Origin: Kudoa neothunni
Lineage: Eukaryota; Animalia; Cnidaria
Assembly: GCA_964304625.1 (NCBI GenBank)
Contig: OZ199839.1
Span: 5,202,898-5,266,897 of the forward strand
Length of the DNA: 64,000 nt
Direction: 5' to 3'
Shown piece by piece: positions 53,699 through 64,000 of this stretch (the stretch's first letter is position 1; every line of letters starts with the position of its first letter). A model generated the notes under the pieces. It ran no database searches. It saw only the letters and a list, made by a program, of their open reading frames with translations, and was not told the origin of the DNA. Made by a program: the position numbers and the translations under genes.

Positions 53699-55473
53699 TC
53701 AAAATCCACGTTCGTAAAACCACGTCCTAATTGTTTTTTGACTCATATATGGTATATTATAATGAGGTTTTCCGTACTATCGTAATTTTATGTTAGTTTT
53801 GCGTTAATTGATTAATATTTCAATACATGAATTTTGAATCGGTTGTTATTACCATGGTTTGACGATGCTCTTTTATTAATATAGCCAACAATAGCATTGG
53901 CATACACTGTTAACAACGTTCTCTAATGTTTTTTATTTACATTGTATATTAATCATAAAAATAATACTAATTCAAAGTTTTCATCGAAAGTTTCCTTATT
54001 ATCCGATTCTGGTTTGAGCACAAAATTATAAACCTAGAAAAGTAAACTTAAATATACTGATAATTATGAATTAAATATTATTCTCTGTATTTCTATACAT
54101 TGAAAAAGCTTTCCTCGATTTTCGTTGGAAATTTTATTGAAATAAAGTCTTTTATTTTATCGCTCCAAGGGTATTTGTCGTCAGGAACAAATGTCACATC
54201 ATTTATTAATTCCAAACAAGCAGTATAATTATACTCTGCTGTCAAAATGACCGCAATATTAGGGTCGTCCGGATACTGTACCATAGAAACCACCAATTCT
54301 TGATACCAATCGTTTTCGATCCAATATATTAATATGTCCTTATTGATAAAACATGGTAATTTCACGGATAGTGTACCACGTTCATTGTACCAATATTTTC
54401 CAGCCTAATAAACATCTATTCGTTTGCTAAAATACAATATAGACTCAATTACCCATAAGCGTTTAGCTATCATTCTGTAAATGATATCCTTCAGCGAAGG
54501 AAATTTTACGTCTTTACCATAAGAGTAATATTCCTTTTTATTGATAAAGTAGGTAGATACATCCTTATTTTTTTTTGTAGGATATCCAAAATAAAGCTCA
54601 TCTTCATATATTATTATGTATCCGTTATTGCCGTATTCCTAATGGAGGTTATAACATAGATGATAGCTTTATTTTTCTTTAAAATTATTTAAAAATTTTA
54701 TTAATAATATGTTATTCGAGTTTAATAAATAAATTCGTCATTTAATGTATTTTAAATTTGGTAGTTTGAATTTTCCACTTCATACATGACATGAAGAGAA
54801 ATAATAATAGAAAATAAAGAATCGTTTTACTGGGTCAAAATCATCATATATCGTGTCATTTGTTTCCCTTTCAATATATAACATTTTTTCGGTATATATG
54901 GGCTTGGGATAATTTTTGTGTAGATATTTATCTTCGAAAGTCGGCTTTGAGAATTTTTTTCTGTTTTTCGACCGATCCTTGTGATATCTGATTTTAGATC
55001 TTGAGATAAAACATGAAAGAAATTTTTGTATTAAGAAAGTTTTTAATACATTCTTTTCAAGCATTTATCAGTGAGTGCCACAGTAAGGCTACTGTCATCT
55101 CCGAAAGCATCATGATAATTTACAAACATAAAACATTTATTTCCGGCTGTATTATTTGCCTTGTATAAATCTGAGTCGATTACTTAAAATAAGTTATAGC
55201 AGAAAACTATTACCTAGCTCCAGTCTGTCATATGCAGAATCATGCTTGGAATTACATTCCAATCCAAACAGTTTACTCCTGTTTTGCCTACATTTAAAAA
55301 ATAAATAATTCAATTGTTCGTTTTTCATGTGAAGGTTTAGATCCTAAATAAATAATAAAGATATCTAATCAGAACAATAGAATTTAATCTACTTGTTTAT
55401 AATCAATTATCCCACTCGAGATGACTGAGAAAAAAGCAGCCCATAGCGCACACATCAAAATATTTAGTAGCAT
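53699..55473 (-). CDS. Orphan secreted protein, about 410 aa, 9 exons
   Basis: ATG at 55473 starts a hydrophobic signal-like peptide MLLNILMCALWAAFFSVISS. Eight phase-compatible GT-AG introns join exons into one stop-free frame ending RTWFYERGF-TGA at 53699. No family recognised. Confidence 0.8.
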
Positions 55474-58400
55474 ATTGAAATTACCGCACCACGCAAATCA
55501 AAAGTTATTACTTATCAGCTTAATCCATCCATAATATATATATTTTATGTATAATCTAATAATTGTATACAAAATACTTTGGTGTTAATAAAATCCTTTT
55601 TATTTGTTCACAAGTTTTTAGTATAATTTTGTTCATTAACAACAAATTTGTGTATATGCTTCAGTGAGAGTGGACGTTAAAAAATTTTTGAATAATTTCA
55701 CAAGACGATTCCTTAGTCTTTTTTATTAAAATATATGGATTCCAATTTAATTAAACCCAGCTAATAACAATATTATTAGATTAAATTAGATTTAAGCAAG
55801 ATTAATAATTAATTTATTGGAATTTCATTTTTTATTAGCCAATATAACATAGGAAATTCTTACATAATCAAGTCGGTTGAATATTATACCATTAGAAAGC
55901 AAATGTCAATATATTTATATCAAATATTTGATTCGATTTTCGTTAATGTCGTTGCGTATAAAATTTTTTATAGAAAACTAGTCTTTTTTGAAACAATGAA
56001 AAATATTTAAACGCTGTATTAATTGTATCAAATAATTATCATTATTAATGATGATAAATTATCGTATTAAGTAATGACTTTCTACCATTAAATTCATCTT
56101 AGAATTACGAAGATAGGATTTGAGCCTTAGAAAATTTTGCTAATGAAAACTAACACCTTTTTTAATTCGCTTTCTAATAAAAAATGCAAAAAATAGTCGC
56201 ATTTAATTCTGTTTATCTACATTTAAATTTACATTAAAATTACACGAATTTTCTATATCATAAGTAAATGACAATCCGTCCTCGGCAATGGCTGTATCTA
56301 GACTAGTTAAATTTCTCTAAAATCTTGCCTATACTTTCGCAAAATGAAGGTTTATTTATCAATCATTAACAATGATATAAATTATTCATATGTTGTAAAA
56401 TAAAGTAATGAGTGCCTCATTCTTGCGAATAAATACAACAATTCCATTGTTGAATATTTTATCATTTTCAGTTGATACCCTTGTTATGGTTCTTGAATTT
56501 AATAGTGAAATGCGGATGGGTTTGGAAAAGTCTTGATTTGTAAACCAATCTAATTTATTTCAGCATATAAAGAATTTATATTTTATGATATGATGAATCA
56601 CTCCTGTGCAGTTCGTTCGTATATCAATTCGGAAATATTTAAAATGCGCGAATTTAGATAATCAGGTCGATTAACTCATTATGCGCTATCATTAAACTAG
56701 CATTTTCTTTATTTTAAATGTCTAAAACAAAAATACAATTCGTAAGGAGAAATAACAATGAATAAATAATGTTTGTTTGGTAAAATAAAAGCTTATAACA
56801 TCTATGGGTAATAATAAGATCTTTTGAAGTGTTGAAAAATGTTTAATTTTTTCTAATTTCAATTCAACTGGCATAAATCAAACTGTCAGTATTTGCTTGC
56901 CAGAAAGAATTAAATTTAACCGAATAATTTCTTTGACGAAAATATGTTTAACAAATAATGATTTTACATAAAATAATTTATTAAAGACTAACCACTACAT
57001 TAATTAAATGAAAATTTGTTTTTCCGCGAACTACGAAACAACAGATTTTTTAAATAATATAAAATATTTATGTTCAAATTACCAAAATATAAAACATTTT
57101 CCATCTTATTATCTTCTAAAAATTGAATTAAACTATTATGAGAGTTTCATTTATGGTTTTGTTGGTCTGCATAATAAATTAATTTTTAAATCCAATTATA
57201 ATCTTAAAAATCGGAAAATAGGAGAATAGGTTATTTTGGTGATTTTAGGACTCCGTTATATTCACTTTTGTGACTCATTTAAATAATTTATAAGCTCAAT
57301 GAAAAAGTAGGAGACTCTAGGCAACGGCCGCTCAATAATATTTGGTCTAAAATCGTAATGAGTATACGTGATGTAGATAAACTCGAAAAAATTAGTCATA
57401 ATCGACGTAGGCTCGATAATTTTTCAAACTTTTCACAACTTACCTCTACAATAGTCTCATATAATTTTGGGGATGTCACATTCTATCTTGAAAAAATGCG
57501 GTAAATGACGTTTATTTTTTCTTTCGAATTTCTTCGCGGTCAATCTGTCTACAGACCGATTTGTATTGTGTTTTATACATAATAATACAATCGAAACAGA
57601 CTTTAAACGTTGAAATTTATTATAAAATAAACAGATAAATAATTCGAATATAAGAATTTTATGAATATCGAATAAACTGTGTGCGATACAATAAAAATAC
57701 ACTCTCCTTTTTTGGGATCAAATTGAATTAAACGACATTCCAAAAAAATACTAATCTAGTGAGTTAAATTAATTTAAAAAAATTTAAAGTTGATTTTTGT
57801 TATATAATAAAATAATAATTATAAAATTTAAAGGAATAAATATGCCAAAAACATTTGACGCAAACAAACGAATGTAACCGAGATTATCCTCTTGGAAAAT
57901 TAACGATTTTTTAATGTGAATCTTGTTCAGAAAATAATTTGAAAGTAAGTTTTGATACAAATATATAATTAGTTTATTTATATTTAGAATATGGCAGTTC
58001 TAACCTTCTAAGTAGCTGAAAAATTCACACCCTCCAAATAAAAACTGTCTCAAATCAAATTCGGCATTGACCGTCAAAATACGAGGAAAATTCATTGAGT
58101 ATATTATGAATAAATGACCAATTATTAAAGTTATATTCTATATACGCATGCGCATACATTTTATGTTGTTGCATTTCTTTGGAGTAGGATTGTATTTATA
58201 GGTGTATTTCTGCGGTTTTTTAGTTTTAGCATTTAATTCTAGCTTTATAACAGCTACCAATTAATTTATCTTATTTTAAACACCGCAGCATAGTACTGCA
58301 CAGAAAAATACAAAATGATGGCAAACAATGCTTATTTCATAAAAAGTTATCAGATATGATTTTCGACTCTATCTACAACGCAGAACCAAGCCAACTGATG

Positions 58401-58474
58401 AAGACTCATCACATTTTGAATAACTAGTATAAGAATAATCAGAGTATGCGAGGCTATCATTGTATTCAATAAAT

Positions 58475-60991
58475 CAGCGCTTCCCAATTTATTCTAGTTT
58501 CCGGACCCCCTACCAATAAAGAGGACAACTCCGCACCTCTTCTCAAAAAGAGTTTTAAATGGATTTATTTTTAGGCGGGGAAAATATTTTTATTAAAATA
58601 ACATTAAAAAGAAAAAACCGTCTATTTTAACAAGAAAACAAATGTGAATAAAATTGATAATAAATTAAAGTAAGTGGCTATTCTTACGCCAATGAATATC
58701 TTTTTTCCTATTTTAGATATTTCAAATATGAACTTAAAAACGTGTGATTATATTTTTTCCCTATAAAGTTTTTAATTTTTATAGATTAATGTTTTAGTTA
58801 TCTTAGTTCATAATTTTTGGGCATTATCCCCACCTTTCAACCATTTATTAAGATTAAAAATCAATTATTTTTCTATTTATGACAGTTCAAGAAAACTTAA
58901 ATAAATAGTTTTTGCTAATTGTGATAACGTAACTTTATTCACATTCGAACCCATTGGTCCACGTGTCAACATTACGGCTTCAACTGATTATTGAGAGCTT
59001 GACTATGTTTAATTTTAAGTGCATGTATACCTACAATGTTATTTATAGAGTTTATTTTTTTTAAATTAACAATACAAATTGTTGTATAGGTCGAAAATTT
59101 TTTTCACTTTTCTTAAAAATTGATCCTTCCCGTAGGACATACGAAAAAATGACGCGTGTACTGGTGGGTTCCAAATTGGATCAAAGATGAAATCAATCAT
59201 AAATGCAATCAATTATTAAGATAATAATGTGATATCATTTAAAGGAATTATAAATATAAATTAACTAAATTTATTCATCTACTGTAGCTTTAAATGCAGA
59301 TATAAAAACATGATAAACTGATCGAGTTGGACCAATGTGGCAGTCATAGCACAAATTTCAACATTAACTTTTCCATTAAAATCATATCTATTAAAGCTGA
59401 GAGTTTATTTTATTATAAATGTAATTCTTATGTATAAATGTTAATTTTAGTAAAATAATTTAAATTAAGTTGATGAATATACTGAAGGGAATAAGATGAA
59501 CCAACATAATATTAATGATAATAATTTATTTAGCTAGGTAATTGTAAAAAAATGTATAAATCAAACAACAACCCATAATAAATATAATAGTAACTAATTC
59601 TGAGTCACTTATAATAATTTTTATAAAGATATACCCATTCAATCCTAAGTCAAGTCTGTGGGAGAACCAAGGGGCAGCAGATTAACTACTGTTGGGCTTC
59701 CAATTAAAAATTAAGAATAATATTTTAACAAATTTTTGATAAAAAATTAACGGATTATAAAAATTTTCAAATATAGGTCCTGATGATGTATTATGATGTA
59801 AATATCTTATAAAATTGATAACATTTCATACGATTAATTCGTATCAGATCGTAGCATTGATACGTGCGTTAATGAACTCGGATGAAAGAAAATGAAGTTA
59901 AATTATCATCATTGGCATAAAATAGTGACTTTAATATACATAAATTGTTATAAATAGAAAAATAATTGATTTTTAGTCGTAATAAATAGTTGGAGGGGTA
60001 GAATAATGCCCCAAACTTACGAACTAAGATAACTAAAACATTAATTTATAAAAATTGAAAATTTTATAGGAAAAAATGTAGTCACATGTTTTTAAATTCA
60101 GATTTGAAATATCTAAAATAGGACAACAAATATTCATTGGCGTAAGAATATACGATCCCCAGAAGAGATTATAGATTATACGGTCTCGCAAGAATAGCCA
60201 GTGCCTAAATTAAATGTTTTGAGTTTTTTTTCTTGTTTTTATGGACAATAGTTGGGTCAAAATGGGACTCTTTATCATATAAAGTTATGAATAAATCATA
60301 ATTTGTAAAGGCACGAGATATGCTAATATTTATGCGCAAAATATCAGATGTGCATAGTTGACCTTACGCGAAATTTTGGATCTTGTAATTTTTTTAAATT
60401 ATAAATTTAATGAGGAAATTAAATATGTGACCCCATCTCGAATACGTAGTTTTAATTTAAAATATAAAAAGTTAAAATAATTTAACAAAAAATCTAAATA
60501 ACGTAGCCTTGACACTAATTAAAATTTAATTTTTACTTGCCATATAGTTTAATTAAAAATAATGAATAATACAATTTATAATAATTCATCAGTTTTAAAA
60601 TCTTTTATATGCCGTTTATTTTTCCCATTAAAAAGTAAATACTTCATAATTTTTTACGTTGTACCATTTAAAATTAATACTAAATAATTTATTTACGGAT
60701 GAAAAAGGAATATGTTATAATTTTTATTTCATATGCTAATAAAAAGTAAATAGTAGATTGAAAACAAATTAATTTTCGGTAAAATTCATCAAATGACTAT
60801 TTAATTTAACAGACTTATTTCAGCTTCGATGCGGCACGAATCGCACATGATGTATTGTCGAAAAAGATCCTGATTATTTGTAATCGATACATTATGTACA
60901 AACCGTGCTTAGTCGTACAATTTCTTCGTTGACTCTAGACGTGACTCCCAGACCACTTGGGGGTCCGGGCACCCCCAATCGGGAAGCCTTG
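58475..60991. mobile_element. Non-autonomous hAT element containing a long-TIR insertion
   Basis: Ends CAGCGCTTCCCAAT and ATCGGGAAGCCTTG; CCGGACCCC/GGGTCCGG subterminal motifs; eroded TSD CAATAAAT/CAGTAGAG. Confidence 0.6.
58676..60199. repeat. Foldback-like element with inverted repeats of about 210 bp (about 58676-58887 vs 59943-60150)
   Basis: TATTCTTACGCCAATGAATA...ATTTATGACAGTT recurs as its reverse complement with scattered mismatches. Confidence 0.8.
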
Positions 60992-61246
60992 CAGTAGAGG
61001 ATGACATGCTCATATCGATGTCGCGCATTCGGGCGGGAATCGGACGTATAGTGTTTCCTTACTTATTCGATAGAATTTCCATAAATTTTTAAAAATGACA
61101 TGTATCAATATTTTAAATAATTTTACTTGGAAGATGTTTTTACATGAACTTTTTTGATATATCGCAAAAAATTTCAATTAATGTTTCTGAAAGCTTTCAT
61201 AAAGATAAATGATTATAAAAACTGGAGAGGAGTTATATCTTATTAA

Positions 61247-62729
61247 TCCTTAATGGACCACCTTGGACTCCGCGAGCCCAAGAACAAATCTAGGCTTAAA
61301 TTGGTTAAATATTATTAGCGCGATTAACATTTGAGATATATTGCATTGTAAGTCCTAAAAAAAATAAGACACATTTTCATTACGTAGAGTTATCAAAAGT
61401 ACAAGTAATGTTTTTTAAAGAATGCTCGGTATAGTCGCTTTTATGACACCGGCAACAAACCTGTTTGCTCCTGCGCACGACATTGGATAGACTAAGACAG
61501 TGTTTCCCAACCTTTTTTCTATCATGCCCCACTTTTTCTTTAAAATAAGTTCCGCGCCCCATCTTTTTCAAATGTATTGATTTTTTAACTTAAACTGCTT
61601 ATAATTTTGAATCAAGCTTCATGCCACATTAAAATTAGAAAATGACTACTATATATTTCTTTTTCATTGGAATTAAAATATATTCGATCGGGACTAATTT
61701 AATTCATGGATGGACTTTAAAAATTAACATTTTTACTTCTTCATTCAGTCAAAAACCGCGTTAAGTGAAACTTTTGGTAATCCAACCCCCCTCAGGGAAA
61801 ACTTTTCCGTATTCGGGGCTTATAAATAATCGAAATTAAATAATTAATATTGACAATGAATCAATATTGTCTTTGGATAAGTCAAAAAAAGAGGGGATCA
61901 CGGTTATAAATTTGACAAAATTTGAATTATAATCATTCCGATTCTATTGAGCAAAAACCATGTTAAACGTTTTTATATTTTTTATATAAATTGATCAGTG
62001 CTTTTGTATTCTTTTAAGATATTAACGTTCGCTTAAAAATAAATAAGATCAAAAATCGAAGTATTGATTTCAATGTACGCCATACTGCCCAATTATCTCA
62101 CAATTATCCATGTCACAGCAATGCCCCGGGTTTTCCAAGTCCTACAAGAGACGTTCATTGAACGCTCAAAGATTTCCATGCCCCACCAAAAGTTTTTCAC
62201 ACTCTACCGGTGGGACGTCGCCCCCAAGTTGGGAAACATTGGAATAAGATAAAATGGCCTTCTTTTATTCTCATCGTTGTCATCACTTTTTGTATAATGA
62301 ATATCAAAATCATATTCTACGATTTACATTGAACGCTTTACGGTCGGTTGGAAAGAAATTTTAGGATGTTTAAATCTCCAATTTTGTTCATCTTTTATCA
62401 ATGATATACCCAAATCATCTTCAAAACTCTCATTTAACATATTATTTTGGATAAAATTGTCTAATTCGCTCGATGAAATACTTTCACAATCAGGCGTTAT
62501 TTTGATCAACTTGCAAAAATGTTTGAAATTAAACAAACAAAACAAAGGATTACATTTGTAATTAATGCCTGCATTACATGCTTAAAATTGACCCAAAATG
62601 AAGTAAATAAGAATTAAATTTTTTATGAATTTACGTGAGATTTAGCTTTAAAATAATGAATTTTTGGGGATCATAAACACAATTTAGTAGGTGGGTGAGA
62701 TCGTGGAGCCCAAGGTGTTTCATTAAGGG
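61247..62729 (-). mobile_element. piggyBac deletion derivative interrupted by a hAT MITE
   Basis: TTAA flanks; imperfect TIRs TCCTTAATGGACCACCTTGGACTCC / CCCTTAATGAAACACCTTGGGCTCC; acidic N-terminal remnant (62324-62545) and Cys-rich tail CCRCHK..TEH (61380-61490). Confidence 0.75.
61498..62241. mobile_element. hAT-type MITE
   Basis: TIR CAGTGTTTCCCAA / TTGGGAAACATTG; 8-bp TSD GACTAAGA/GAATAAGA; homologous along its length to 32826-33773. Confidence 0.88.
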
Positions 62730-63711
62730 TTAATACGTTATAATATTGTTGACAAAATTCACTTGGAATAGAAATCTACCTCATTTCACCTAGAAAATTA
62801 ATAACGAAAAGAATGAAAATTTTCATTGATAAAAATGATGTTACTAAGACGCATGATAAGACTAAAGTTACGAAAATTTTATACCGGGATTATATCTTAA
62901 AATTTTGTTAATAGAAACTTAGTCAGATTATACATATGGTAAAAATAATACAAAATTTTTGTTTATAGTAATTTTTATCAATACGAATATTTGTAAGACT
63001 AACTAAAGATCTAAAATTAAAATTACTATTAAATATAAATTAATGATGTAGAAACATTATTAATTTCCGACGCAACCTAACAAGATAAAAAAAATTGAAC
63101 AATTACTGTTTATAATAAAGCGGATAAATTTTCATAAACTACTTCAATAAATATCTACAAATATTTATCAATCATAAGTACTACACATACCATATACACC
63201 CAATATTAAAATTTTCGAACTGTATAATATAGAGATAAATTTAAACTCCTACAATGATGATCTATGTTGCTATAAAAAATATATCGATCATGTTCTATGA
63301 TGGGAAACAAAATTGGTAATTATTTCGTCGAATTGTATAAAATTTTTTGTTTGAAGATCAAAATTTGGTTTTATATTCATTGTTAAAAATCGCATTAAAC
63401 TTTCAAAAATAAATATGTCTTACTCTTTTACTTTAAACTATCGCCAATGGCCAACTTTTCCTAGTATTGTGTGATAAAAAATGTTAACTTTTAATTTAAT
63501 TTTTCTCTTTTAATTGATGAATTTTAAATTTTATCATTATTTTTGCAATGTGATGATTTAGAAAAACAAAATAATGCGCGCACTTTTCATTCAAATATAA
63601 ATAATGGTATTAAGGGAAATTACTGATACATGGACACATAGAAACAATATTTTTTTATTTTTTTTAAATGAATAACTTATTAATTGTAATTATTAGCATA
63701 ATGAAAATCTT

Positions 63712-63738
63712 AAATTACGCAATATCCAATCTCGACTG
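63712..63738. mobile_element. Isolated terminus of the same Tigger family as 24901-26831
   Basis: AATTACGCAATATCCAATCTCGACTG followed by TA matches that TIR; no partner end found. Confidence 0.6.
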
Positions 63739-64000
63739 TATATATGAATGTAACTCGAGGGGAGGCGAGCTAAATTTGATAGACAAATATTATGGACTTG
63801 TTTCCTTGAGAATCCCCCAAGCACGCCAAAATCTCGTATACACATACACCAGGTCGTTTTTGGAGTCCAATGGATCAAACTCCGGACGGCCAGACAAGGA
63901 AGGTTTAATTAAATTCAAATAAAACGTAATGAACTTTAATGATTATACTAATTTTTTAATTTTTAGACCACCCTTGTAAATAAACCAATGTTTAATAAAT

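Noticed and set aside
5427-55473. Alternative genetic code or stop-codon readthrough
   Set aside because: In the regions reconstructed by hand, stops in host genes fell within short GT-AG introns, so the standard code suffices.
57240-57740. ORF 57457-57702 with a CIAH motif as a hAT transposase fragment
   Set aside because: A single short motif with no termini or supporting fragments is too weak to call.
1-64000. CRISPR arrays, rRNA or prokaryotic operons
   Set aside because: No regularly spaced repeats or rRNA motifs were seen; the genes are eukaryotic with spliceosomal introns.

Overview
Very AT-rich eukaryotic, animal-like nuclear DNA. Genes are packed with tiny GT-AG introns (mostly about 40-50 nt) and separated by large tracts of decayed transposons. 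The fast-evolving proteins and micro-introns suggest a reduced parasitic metazoan (e.g. myxozoan- or mesozoan-like); this is inference, not an identification. Manual splicing reconstructs six host genes in the standard code. They are NBAS/Sec39 (5427-16681 +), SF3B6/p14 (20265-20744 +), POLE2/DPB2 (20806-23249 -), ALIX/PDCD6IP (28173-31575 -), an amidase-signature FAAH-like hydrolase (40594-43300 -) and a 9-exon orphan gene for a secreted protein of about 410 aa (53699-55473 -). The rest is a layered set of mobile elements: a near-intact Merlin, two pogo/Tigger elements (one with a spliceosomal intron), piggyBac elements and MITEs, hAT MITEs, non-autonomous Helitrons, tRNA-derived SINEs and a long-TIR foldback element, several of them nested. 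Best leads: the orphan secreted protein; a U12-snRNA-like structured segment upstream of ALIX, with a possible relic minor intron in POLE2; the intron-bearing pogo transposase; hAT insertions inside SINEs; and a TGCGC motif just upstream of start codons. No rRNA, intact tRNA or CRISPR array was seen.
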